Below, piece by piece: positions 1 through 8,313 of a stretch of DNA of 28,437 nt. A model generated the notes under the pieces. The model ran no database searches, had not been told where the DNA came from, and saw only the letters and a list, made by a program, of their open reading frames with translations. Source of the DNA: a virus (taxonomy: Duplodnaviria > Heunggongvirae > Uroviricota > Caudoviricetes). The position numbers and the translations under genes were made by a program. The stretch covers positions 1 through 28,437 of IMG/VR virus record IMGVR_UViG_3300026224_000011; one strand, written 5' to 3'. Each line of letters starts with the position of its first letter. The stretch's first letter is position 1.

Positions 1-95
1 AGGACTGGTTGCGCGAAGTGATCGTGAAGCTTAATGACTGGCCGTCAAACCGTGTGCATGAACTGCTGCCCTGGAACTGCTCAACTGTAAAATAA
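1..95 (+). other. 3' end of an unidentified plus-strand ORF entering from upstream of the window
   Basis: Plus frame 3 is open from the window edge to TAA at 93-95 (...DWLREVIVKLNDWPSNRVHELLPWNCSTVK); the other plus frames are closed; family not recognised. Confidence 0.3.
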
Positions 96-123
96 TCCTT
101 ACGCTACGTACTTCTCGGGGCGC

Positions 124-729
124 TTACATCGGCGTGGCGCTCACGGTCAGACCACCTGCCGTGGTGGATGCTGACAGGGTGATGTCATTCCCCCAGGCAC
201 CTTTGGTCCGGGTGGTGACCGTCAGCTGAGAGGCTTCCGATTGGTATTCCCCCGTAACCAGAAGCGAAGGCGTCTGCGTCATTGCTTCCACCAGTGCCGG
301 AATGATTTTCGACGGTCCATCACCGGTTTCCACATCCACCGAAACCTGCTCACCGGCAACCCATACCGACAGTGTTCCGCTGCTGATTGCCGTACCGTTG
401 ACGGTAACTGCGCCGGTTGCTGCCTTTCCTGCGCCACTGTCTGCAATACCGATAACATCCAGTTGCAGATAGCTGTTGGCATTAATGGCCGCGCGCGCCA
501 TTGCAGCGGCCAGCGAACCGGCCCCGAAATACAAATCCGCTTCGTCTTCGGAATACACGGAAACGGCATTCAGGGGCGTGGCGGTGCCGCCTGACAGCAT
601 CGGGCCAATCACCAGAACACGCTGTTCGTTACCCGGCAGCGTGTTAACGGCCAGCCGGGTATTAAACTCAAAATGCACACCGGGCTTACGGATGCCGCCC
701 GAAATGGTGTCAAACTGAATTTCACTCAT
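124..729 (-). pseudogene. tail sheath protein (Mu gpL-like), N-terminal 201 codons only
   Basis: ATG at 729 with AGGTGG RBS; sheath-like N-terminus; TAA at 124-126, and no sheath-like continuation in any frame of 1-123. Confidence 0.45.
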
Positions 730-964
730 CGGAATCCACCTGTTTCTCTCTCTTCGCCTTCGCTTTTACCTGCACGGCGTCCTGTTCAGTCGTCACGGTG
801 GTTTCAGGCTCATCCTTCACCAGAATCAGGTCACCGTCCTGAACGGCGCGCCGGTAATAAGCGGTGTTCTCAACGGTCACCGCTTCCGTGGTGATGTATT
901 TCCGGGCGTTATCCTCCATCGGGAACTTCATCCCGGGAGCCGCCTTAACCTTCATTTTGTTCAT
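722..964 (-). CDS. small phage protein (Mu gp38-like position)
   Basis: 80-codon ORF between the gp37-like and sheath genes; its stop overlaps the sheath start; start codon uncertain. Confidence 0.4.
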   Translation of the reverse strand: MNKMKVKAAPGMKFPMEDNARKYITTEAVTVENTAYYRRAVQDGDLILVKDEPETTVTTEQDAVQVKAKAKREKQVDSDE

Positions 965-1526
965 GCTGTTGCTCTCTTAATTCATCCAGACCACAGATAT
1001 CTGCGCCGTATTGCGTACCAATTCGCAGTAAATCCGGGTCAGGGTCTGACAGCCTGCCGTGGTAGCGGTTGAAGAGGCGATCCGCTTCTGCGCCACGCTC
1101 CGGCCATTTGCCGTTCTCCAGCGCGTGCTCCACCCAGCGGGTATCGAACTCACAGGCAAACACGGACATTGCCCGCTCTGCCACGCCGGTGTTAAACAGC
1201 GTCCTGACCCGCCCGGGTTCGAAATAATCAATCTCCAGCCCCAAATCCTGACCGGTCAGCAGACGACGGACGGATTCAACCAGCTGGTTTGTCCCGACCT
1301 CATCCCGGACGGTGCCTCCCTGTCTGGCGCTCTGTTCGCTGCGGGTGTTGTAATCACCCACCACAACCACAAAGCGTCCTGTGGCAATGTATTTCCGGCG
1401 TGACGTGGAATAGCGTTCGGTTTTCACGATGCCGCCGAACGTCACCCAGGCTGCCGGAAGGCTGCGAACAATCCGGCCCGGGTCTTCATCCAGTTCACCG
1501 GCATAGGTGCGGACATCCTGCACCAT
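945..1526 (-). CDS. Mu gp37-like protein (DUF1834-like, from memory)
   Basis: 193-aa ORF following the gp36-like gene; conserved position in Mu-like head/tail joining region. Confidence 0.5.
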   Translation of the reverse strand: MVQDVRTYAGELDEDPGRIVRSLPAAWVTFGGIVKTERYSTSRRKYIATGRFVVVVGDYNTRSEQSARQGGTVRDEVGTNQLVESVRRLLTGQDLGLEIDYFEPGRVRTLFNTGVAERAMSVFACEFDTRWVEHALENGKWPERGAEADRLFNRYHGRLSDPDPDLLRIGTQYGADICGLDELREQQHEQNEG

Positions 1527-1579
1527 ATGCCCCAGACCACAGCGCAGACGCTCAACCAGCGCCCGTTCAATGTCAGTAA

Positions 1580-2011
1580 TCAGAATGCACCTCCCCGCGT
1601 GGACTCACGCCCGAACTGACGGGAGCCGGAGCGGATACGCACCTGTGACGATGACTGGATCACGCTGCCGGACGTATCCCGCCCGAGGTTGATTTGTCCT
1701 GCCGCGACTTTCTCCAGAAAGCGGATGGCGTCCCGGTAGCGCATCTGAATTTCTTCTGAGCAGATACGGTAATCGGTCGCCAGGTGATAACGGGCGATAT
1801 CGCAGCAGTAACCCACCAGAATCCCCGGGCTGTCAGGCCACGGGGTCCGGTAACGCCCCACCAGATAGCCATCAATCTGGGCACTGGCGCGCGCAAGCGC
1901 GGAGGCCAGTTTTTCTTCGTCGATGAATCCCGTCATGTCTTCATCCGTCAGTGTGCGTGCCTCGCGTTCACTGAATGCCCTGATGAACTGTTCCGGCGTG
2001 GCGTAAGACAT
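1580..2011 (-). CDS. Mu gp36-like protein (DUF1320-like, from memory)
   Basis: 143-aa ORF, ATG at 2011; position downstream of major head gene as in Mu. Confidence 0.5.
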   Translation of the reverse strand: MSYATPEQFIRAFSEREARTLTDEDMTGFIDEEKLASALARASAQIDGYLVGRYRTPWPDSPGILVGYCCDIARYHLATDYRICSEEIQMRYRDAIRFLEKVAAGQINLGRDTSGSVIQSSSQVRIRSGSRQFGRESTRGGAF

Positions 2012-2014
2012 GGG

Positions 2015-2356
2015 TTACTTCTCCTTTTTGTCCGCTTTTTGTGTTTTCTGTGCGGCGTTCAGCTGTGCGGTCAGTTCACTGACTTTCTGGCGTTCTTCTT
2101 CCAGCTGCGCTGTCAGTTCGCTGACTTTCTGACGCTCGGCATCCAGCTGTGCGGCCAGCTCATCACCCCGGGCCGCGTCGTTCTGGCCGGACGCTTTATC
2201 GCGCTCCACCACAATCAGCATGGGGTCAGCCTTCAGCACCGCCAGCTGTTCCGGGGTGAACGCATCCGCAGGCCATGCCTTCGTGGTTGCGCTGTGTGCC
2301 ACACCGCAGCGGCGAAAACCCTCACGGCGGGCGGTAATTTCAATCACCTTTTCCAT
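2015..2356 (-). CDS. coiled-coil phage protein with internal 14-aa tandem repeat
   Basis: 113-aa ORF, ATG at 2356; protein contains ERQKVSELTAQL twice; sits between major head and gp36-like genes. Confidence 0.5.
   Translation of the reverse strand: MEKVIEITARREGFRRCGVAHSATTKAWPADAFTPEQLAVLKADPMLIVVERDKASGQNDAARGDELAAQLDAERQKVSELTAQLEEERQKVSELTAQLNAAQKTQKADKKEK
2061..2165. repeat. about 2.5 copies of a 42-bp in-frame tandem repeat inside the 2015..2356 CDS
   Basis: Units at 2061-2102, 2103-2144 and partial 2145-2165 (cagctgtgcggtcagttcactgactttctggcg...). Confidence 0.8.
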
Positions 2357-2359
2357 GCA

Positions 2360-3268
2360 TTACTCCGTCGTACCATCAGAACCAAATGCCATCTGCCAGA
2401 AGCCGTAACCGCCGTTACAGCGCGCTTCGGCACCAAACAGGAACTTCTTACGCTTGAACACGTTGTCGCTGTTGTAGTCCGTCTGCTCCACAAAAACAGG
2501 CTTTTTACGTAGCTGATAAATCAGCGGTTTCACCGGTTTGGTGGTGTCAAACAGGAACCACGCAGAATCCGACGCCAGCTCCGGCATCACCAGCACTTCG
2601 GCGGTATTGCGGTACGGGTTCGGCGTGCCGTCCGGGAACTTCTCGGCGGTCATCAGGTAGTTCGCGTCATCCTCCAGCGCCGGTGGCACAACCAGCAGAT
2701 TCGGGCGAATTTTGAGGGATGCGCCTTCGTCATCTTTCAGACTACGCATGGCCGTACGGGCGGCACCGTAGGAGGCTTTCGCCTCGGCAAGCGAGCCAAC
2801 TTTGAGTTTTTTGGTGCCCCTGTTGGACACCGATTTACCGGCGACCAGGTGGTCGGTATCAAAGAACATCTGACCGTCGTAACATGGATTGATAAAACCG
2901 TTACTGATAAGGGACGCCACAATATCTGCCGGTAGCTCTGCTGCCGACTGTCCGGCTCCTTTCGCCTGAAGGGCATAGCCCATAATCTGGTCGTCCTCGA
3001 TGTCGTTACGATCGACTTCAACCGTGGCTTCCCAGTCCTTGTTACGGATGGTGTAGTTAAATGCCGCCAGTGATTTGACGACCTTGTCACCAATCCACTC
3101 GCGCATTTTCGGGAAACGACTTAACCAGCTGTAGTCGTTTTCCTTGCCGTTTGATGGCACTTCCATTGCCACCTTCTGCCAGTCAGTTGGCGACTGGTCG
3201 AAGGCTTTCTGGAAGGTGGCCTTCAGATTGATAAAAATCTGTTTGACGTTTTTAACGTTGACTAACAC
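2360..3268 (-). CDS. major head subunit (Mu gpT-like)
   Basis: ORF ...YSWLSRFPKMREWIGDK...; start placed at GTG 3266-3268, 6 nt after TAAGGAG; the ORF track start at 3310 has no RBS. Confidence 0.7.
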   Translation of the reverse strand: MLVNVKNVKQIFINLKATFQKAFDQSPTDWQKVAMEVPSNGKENDYSWLSRFPKMREWIGDKVVKSLAAFNYTIRNKDWEATVEVDRNDIEDDQIMGYALQAKGAGQSAAELPADIVASLISNGFINPCYDGQMFFDTDHLVAGKSVSNRGTKKLKVGSLAEAKASYGAARTAMRSLKDDEGASLKIRPNLLVVPPALEDDANYLMTAEKFPDGTPNPYRNTAEVLVMPELASDSAWFLFDTTKPVKPLIYQLRKKPVFVEQTDYNSDNVFKRKKFLFGAEARCNGGYGFWQMAFGSDGTTE

Positions 3269-3278
3269 GTTTTGCTCC

Positions 3279-3674
3279 TTAACTGAAATGAACCCAGACG
3301 CCATCGCCACAGATGCCGATCACTTTCCCGGCGACAGGACGGGCGCTGCTGTTGTCGGTTTTTGCCACGGTTACGCTGTCTTCCACGTAGCACAGCTTGC
3401 CGACCTGCGATTGTGTGACCGGGTCTGAGGTGCTGTTCACCATCAGAAAATCTTTGCCGCAACGCACCAGAACGGTGACATCGCCATCGCTGCCGGTGCT
3501 GTTATCCGCCCAGCCATCAGACACGCCCAGCGTAATCTGTGAGGCCGTGGCACTGGCCGGAACGGCATAACCGGATGCGTTAACGGCCACCATATGACCG
3601 CCAAAAATTTCGGTCGCAGCGGCAACCGGCACCGGGTTCAGCTCGCCGTCACGGTAGGGGGTATTGCGATCCAT
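3279..3674 (-). CDS. small head-associated protein (possible decoration/cement protein)
   Basis: 131-aa ORF, ATG at 3674 directly after the I gene stop, AGGAGA RBS; lies between the protease/scaffold and major head genes. Confidence 0.45.
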   Translation of the reverse strand: MDRNTPYRDGELNPVPVAAATEIFGGHMVAVNASGYAVPASATASQITLGVSDGWADNSTGSDGDVTVLVRCGKDFLMVNSTSDPVTQSQVGKLCYVEDSVTVAKTDNSSARPVAGKVIGICGDGVWVHFS

Positions 3675-4862
3675 TTACTCATCTCCTGCGTAATAGTCGT
3701 TTCCTGCATAACGGGCGATATCTTCTGGATCAGTGCCCATCATGGAACAAATGGCGATATCGACATCGACGTCATCGCCGGTTTTAATCTGCGCCGGGGC
3801 CGGTGACGGCGTTTTGGGTGGTTTGCCGCCGGTCTGTGTCTGACTGAGCGCAACAAGTTTCGGTGCGTTCTCCAGCCAGGACTTAAAGCCGTTGATATCG
3901 CGACCGGCGTAATCTTTCGCCCAGTCTTCCTGGGCCGGAAGCAGTCGCCCGTCAGACAGTGCCGCCTGAATCAGTGCCCCGGCTTCGGCCTCACCGGACT
4001 GTTGCGCCAGTGCGGCATAACGCCCCTGAAGTTCTTCAAAGGCAGCGAGGGAAATGTGTTTTGACGGGTCATAGGCATTGGCTGACAGGCTGGCGATTTG
4101 CTCGTCTTTCTGATTCAGCAGGGCCAGCAGACCAACAGAAGCCGCTGCCGTTCCTTTGCCACCAGAGACAGCATCAATAATTTTTTGCAGCTCTGCGCAT
4201 ACTTCCTCTGCGGTTGAGGTTTCCGGCAGCGTCAGCAGCCAGCGTAACTGCGCGAGTAAATTTGCTAATTGTTCCGGGTTCACGGTTTTGGTCTCCGTTT
4301 CAGTTGACAGACTCGCCAGACGGCTGGCCGCAGCCAGCATGACCGCGTCCATACCGTCGAGCGCAGGGGTATTGGTCAGCGCAGCGTGTAACAGCTCCAG
4401 CACTTCGCCGCGCTTGTTGTAGGCAAAAACAGGGGAAATAAACTTGTACTCACCGGCGGCAATCATGGCCGCCGCGTTCTCCGTCCACTCCACACCGGTG
4501 GCATACAGGCCCGCGCCTTCTCGCCATTCCACCTGGCTGAACCAGCCCGCCGCCGGGGCGGGCTTGCCGTTGTTTACGGCGCGCAGCGTCTGATGTTCGT
4601 AATCAATGACAAAAGGCGTGGTACGGGCTGCCACCTGCGCGACAAGCTGCGCGGCCAGTTCAGCGGTCAGCACCCATTTACCGCTTTCGACTTCATCGGT
4701 ATGTGGGCGACCATCCACCGCGCTGAACTCGCCCGCCGGAAACAGCTGGATTTCGCTGTGGGTTGCTTTAGTAATTTCGAGGCTTAATGCCGCAATGTTC
4801 AGTTTCATACGCGGCATGATGACGGAAGGGGAACACGGGGTACTGTGGAGGGTGTTCAGCAC
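3675..4862 (-). CDS. Mu I-like head protease/scaffold protein
   Basis: 395-aa ORF at the Mu I position between G and T; start uncertain (GTG 4862, ATG 4817 or ATG 4808; none has a clear RBS). Confidence 0.6.
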   Translation of the reverse strand: MLNTLHSTPCSPSVIMPRMKLNIAALSLEITKATHSEIQLFPAGEFSAVDGRPHTDEVESGKWVLTAELAAQLVAQVAARTTPFVIDYEHQTLRAVNNGKPAPAAGWFSQVEWREGAGLYATGVEWTENAAAMIAAGEYKFISPVFAYNKRGEVLELLHAALTNTPALDGMDAVMLAAASRLASLSTETETKTVNPEQLANLLAQLRWLLTLPETSTAEEVCAELQKIIDAVSGGKGTAAASVGLLALLNQKDEQIASLSANAYDPSKHISLAAFEELQGRYAALAQQSGEAEAGALIQAALSDGRLLPAQEDWAKDYAGRDINGFKSWLENAPKLVALSQTQTGGKPPKTPSPAPAQIKTGDDVDVDIAICSMMGTDPEDIARYAGNDYYAGDE

Positions 4863-4868
4863 CCTGCC
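4837..4868 (-). promoter_or_regulatory. late-operon dyad motif, copy A (GGGTGCTGAACACCC core)
   Basis: About 27 of 28 bp shared with 12861-12896; both lie at the 5' end of a late operon. Confidence 0.4.
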
Positions 4869-4900
4869 ATAACGCGAAAGGATAAAAGGGGAAATAAAAC

Positions 4901-4925
4901 CGTTTTTAAAACCCTTTTAAAAACG
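4901..4925. promoter_or_regulatory. AT-rich inverted repeat in the G-I intergenic region
   Basis: cgtttttaaaa ccc ttttaaaaacg: 11-bp perfect arms with a 3-bp spacer. Confidence 0.35.
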
Positions 4926-5016
4926 ATTCTGGCGGTATTTATGGGGTGCGGTGCTGTAATGCTCATCCGTGAGGCGTTTATGTCGTCAGAGTCGATTACA
5001 GCGCGTTTGTGGTCAT

Positions 5017-5568
5017 TCAGTCAATCACACGCGCAAAATAGCGGTTTGCGGTGTTCTCCAGCTCGTCGATGTCGTCCTGCACAAGCTGAAGGAAGGGGCG
5101 CGCGGGCATGTTGACCGTATACGCTCCGACCGTTGCGCTCTGTACAAAATTACTGTTGCGCTTTTTCACAAAGCGGGTGCTGACGCTGCCGTTTTTGTAC
5201 TGTTTAAAATACAGGTTCTGCGTCCGTGCCTGATGGCGGATTTCGCCGCCTTCGTTGTGGATACGGGCGTAACGGACGTTTGTCCCGACCGTGGCCTCGT
5301 TATTGTTAACCGCAGAGCGGATACTGGCAGCCAGTCGCCCGGACTTCTGAAGGATTTGCCCGGGGCCGCGTCGCTTCGCATAAGCCGGACTCCAGCCCAT
5401 CCATTTCGGGCGACCCTGTTGTTCAAAGTTAGTCTCAACCGCATCCAGCATGGAACCCGCAAGCGCCGTCATCAGGTCGCGCCGGTCCTTCACGGAACGA
5501 ATCAGTTTCCCCAGCGTGGTGTTATACGCGCTTAAATCAATCTTAATATCCAGTTTACCGCTGCTCAT
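5017..5568 (-). CDS. Mu G-like virion morphogenesis protein
   Basis: 183-aa ORF; ATG at 5568 overlaps the F stop (ATGA); GGAGG RBS; IHNEGG-containing morphogenesis-type sequence. Confidence 0.65.
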   Translation of the reverse strand: MSSGKLDIKIDLSAYNTTLGKLIRSVKDRRDLMTALAGSMLDAVETNFEQQGRPKWMGWSPAYAKRRGPGQILQKSGRLAASIRSAVNNNEATVGTNVRYARIHNEGGEIRHQARTQNLYFKQYKNGSVSTRFVKKRNSNFVQSATVGAYTVNMPARPFLQLVQDDIDELENTANRYFARVID

Positions 5569-6731
5569 GATGCCTCCGGTGTGTCCTGCATAACCCAGTC
5601 TGTCAGCACGTCATCCTCAACCGTCACCACCGACCAGCGGTCGCCCGACTGTAACGCATACCGCCACGCGTTGCCGTCCTGCGTGACATGCTCCGCCCGT
5701 TCGATAGTCTGCTGCATCAGCACATAGTCGGCGGCGGTCGGGGGCGCGTCTGCTGCACTGAGGCGCTTCATAACGTCAGCCGTAAGGTTTACCGTCTGCC
5801 GTGCAGCGCCCGTGGCGGCGACCTGTTCTGGTGAACGGATGGCCAGCGGATATCGCTGGCGCGCATCCAGTTCGCTGACGTTCGCCAGTCCCCGGGCAAA
5901 ATCCGGCCCGGTCAGGGTGCCGGTAACATACTGGCGGGCGCTGCGGTAATCGTATTTTTCCAGTTCCGGCTGCCATGCCACTTTGCCGGGGTTAAAACCG
6001 AAGCCCGGGTCGGCGGTATACACGGAGCCGTCCGGCATCTTCAGCCCCATTGTTCTGATGGTCTGGCCCGGCTGACCATATTCCTGTTCAACCTCAACCA
6101 GTCGCCCATCGCTGCTCTGCACCGTCAGGCCATATTTCTCCACATCAGACGCCGAACGCGCCCGGATACGGCAGCGGCATCCGTACCCGTCCGGCGCGTA
6201 GAAATACTCCCAGACCGGGTCATCCGCCCGGGCGGTAAAACCGTTCATGGCGGCGTGTTTCGGGCGGGTGTGAAGGTCCATCACCGCCACGCGCTCAAAA
6301 TAAGGCCGGTCGGCCACGTTCGCCATCTGCTGCTGATAGCGTCCGGCGTTGTAGGACGACTGAATGTTGGTATCAAATATCGTGCGCAACCGGCGCGGCG
6401 TCAGCTGCCTGCCGTGCAGTTCGCCGGTGTCCTCGTCCACAATCAGCCGTTTACCCAGCCAGCCTTTTTTCTCCAGTAACGGCTCCAGTTGTGCAGCAAA
6501 CTCCCGGAACGTCCCGCCGTCAGCCAGTGCCGCCGTCAGGCCGTCACGGATATCCTTCAGCACATCCAGTTTCAGCACACCCGCCACCGTGAACGCCCGG
6601 GCGTGTGCGATGTCCTTCACATCGTGCCAGCGGAAGCCGATAACGTATCCCTTGCTTTCGAAATACGTAATCGCTTCTTCCGGTTTCAGGGTGTACGCAT
6701 ACCCCAGGTCAACATCGTCAGCTGTCGGCAT
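5565..6731 (-). CDS. Mu F-like head morphogenesis protein
   Basis: 388-aa ORF directly after the portal gene; Mu F-like sequence and position. Confidence 0.7.
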   Translation of the reverse strand: MPTADDVDLGYAYTLKPEEAITYFESKGYVIGFRWHDVKDIAHARAFTVAGVLKLDVLKDIRDGLTAALADGGTFREFAAQLEPLLEKKGWLGKRLIVDEDTGELHGRQLTPRRLRTIFDTNIQSSYNAGRYQQQMANVADRPYFERVAVMDLHTRPKHAAMNGFTARADDPVWEYFYAPDGYGCRCRIRARSASDVEKYGLTVQSSDGRLVEVEQEYGQPGQTIRTMGLKMPDGSVYTADPGFGFNPGKVAWQPELEKYDYRSARQYVTGTLTGPDFARGLANVSELDARQRYPLAIRSPEQVAATGAARQTVNLTADVMKRLSAADAPPTAADYVLMQQTIERAEHVTQDGNAWRYALQSGDRWSVVTVEDDVLTDWVMQDTPEAS

Positions 6732-8313
6732 TCAGTCGCCCCCAGATATCCGCCACAAAGAATGCCTGTGTCAGCAACTGCCGCAGCGTGTCATCCGGCA
6801 GTTCCGGCCACGCTTCCGCCAGTACGTTCATGGCCTCGTCCGCATCCCGGCCTTCCTGTATGGCCTGCACCAGTGGGGCCACCAGTTCGTTCATCCCCTG
6901 CGCGATGGCCTCTGCCGGAAGCTCTGCCCGGTCGATGGCGCGCTGTGCCGGGTCGTCCTCCCCGTTGTCCTGCTGACTGAGTGCGACAACATTCAGCCGC
7001 TCACGCAGCTGGCTGAGGCCCGCCTGCACAGGGAGACGCTGTGCCACCGGCACCAGCACCTCTTCGCCGTCTTTCGGGGTGGGGATGCCGGTTTTTTTGC
7101 GCACCCACGACGCCGGAATATCCTTCATTCCCACACTGTTGAGCAACACGTTGACGGCTTCTGCCACACCCTTAATGTCGGCTTCCTGCTGCACATCAAA
7201 CACCAGTCGCGGAAGACGGCGTGGCGGGACATCCTGCCAGCCGTTCAGGCTGGCCATCATCTGTATCAGGCTGCTGAACATGCCGGACAGCTGGCGAGCA
7301 TCGGCGGCCAGAATGTCGTGCCGGACCTCGTTATGCACATTACCCAGCGCGTTGGTGGAGGTTTTACCGTCAGCCTGGCTGGTCAGCGTACTGCCCAGAA
7401 TCACTTTTGAGGTGGTGCGCTCCGCCCATTCCACCATCGACATGAACGCCTCCGGCCCGCCGGACGCGGCTTCCTTGAACTCGATTTCATTACCCTGCGG
7501 CAGGGCTGCCACCGCTTCATGGCCCAGATTAACCAGGGCTTCGAGAATGTTGTCCCGGTCCTCGTCACTGGTGCCCTGTGCATAGTAGGCAATGCGCGCC
7601 GGAAGGCCGTAAATCTCCAGAAATTCCGCCATATCACGCAGCGCAAAGTTTTTAAACAGATACGGCCAGACCAGTACGCGGAACAGGCCGGATGAACCCA
7701 GGAACCCCGACCGGGCGTTGTAACGGTGAACCAGCCAGCCGAACGGCCACAATGCGGAACCGTCCTTACCGTCTTCCCCACGGTTGCCGTCATCCAGCCG
7801 GAGTTCGTCATTGTGTTCCGGCAGAGTTATGAACCAGTTATGCGGGCGCAGCGTCACCGCATCCGGTAACCACGTTTTATCCACGAACGCCCAGCTGATT
7901 TCCTGACAGCTGAAGCCGTAACCGACACTGCTCATCCCGTTGAGGATGATGTCCTCCATGTCCGGGATACCGTGCAGCCATTCATCCACGGCGGCGGCCA
8001 GCTCCTTTTCTGCCTTCGAGGCATTGCGGGGCGGCTCCACCGACCAGTCCAGCGTCAGCAAGGCTTTTTTGCGCTTTTCCATCTCGGCGAACAGATGGCC
8101 ATCACGTTCTTCCATATCCGCAAACAGCATCGCCTGCGCCGGAAGATAACCGCGTTCGGCAGCTTCCAGAATGCGTGGCAGTTTTCTGATGTTCAGACCA
8201 CGGGACGGGTGGTCGGGATAAATGCGCAGCCGTTCCGCCACTCGGACCGACTGCGTGGTTTTGAGTGCCTCACGTTTCAGCGGGCGTCCGTAAATATCAA
8301 CAAGCTGTGCCAT
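6718..8313 (-). CDS. portal protein (Mu gp29/H-like)
   Basis: About 531 aa; ATG at 8311-8313 is 6 nt after GGAGG and overlaps the terminase stop (TAATG). Confidence 0.7.
   Translation of the reverse strand: MAQLVDIYGRPLKREALKTTQSVRVAERLRIYPDHPSRGLNIRKLPRILEAAERGYLPAQAMLFADMEERDGHLFAEMEKRKKALLTLDWSVEPPRNASKAEKELAAAVDEWLHGIPDMEDIILNGMSSVGYGFSCQEISWAFVDKTWLPDAVTLRPHNWFITLPEHNDELRLDDGNRGEDGKDGSALWPFGWLVHRYNARSGFLGSSGLFRVLVWPYLFKNFALRDMAEFLEIYGLPARIAYYAQGTSDEDRDNILEALVNLGHEAVAALPQGNEIEFKEAASGGPEAFMSMVEWAERTTSKVILGSTLTSQADGKTSTNALGNVHNEVRHDILAADARQLSGMFSSLIQMMASLNGWQDVPPRRLPRLVFDVQQEADIKGVAEAVNVLLNSVGMKDIPASWVRKKTGIPTPKDGEEVLVPVAQRLPVQAGLSQLRERLNVVALSQQDNGEDDPAQRAIDRAELPAEAIAQGMNELVAPLVQAIQEGRDADEAMNVLAEAWPELPDDTLRQLLTQAFFVADIWGRLNADS

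Noticed and set aside
2061-2165. Possible CRISPR-like repeat array
   Set aside because: The repeats are contiguous, in-frame and coding, with no spacers. No CRISPR array or cas gene is present anywhere in the window.
4845-5114. Plus-strand 89-aa ORF spanning the G-I gap as a possible anti-CRISPR-like cargo gene
   Set aside because: It mostly overlaps the 3' end of the G gene in antisense and has no RBS. Its translation is low complexity.
6364-7410. Long plus-strand ORF (348 aa) and similar ones at 1784-2512, 4969-5535, 6489-6980, 7079-7585, 8370-9014 and 9585-10389
   Set aside because: They lie antisense to well-supported minus-strand phage genes in GC-rich DNA, with low-complexity Arg/Ser/Pro/Cys-rich translations and no RBS. 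They are typical shadow ORFs.
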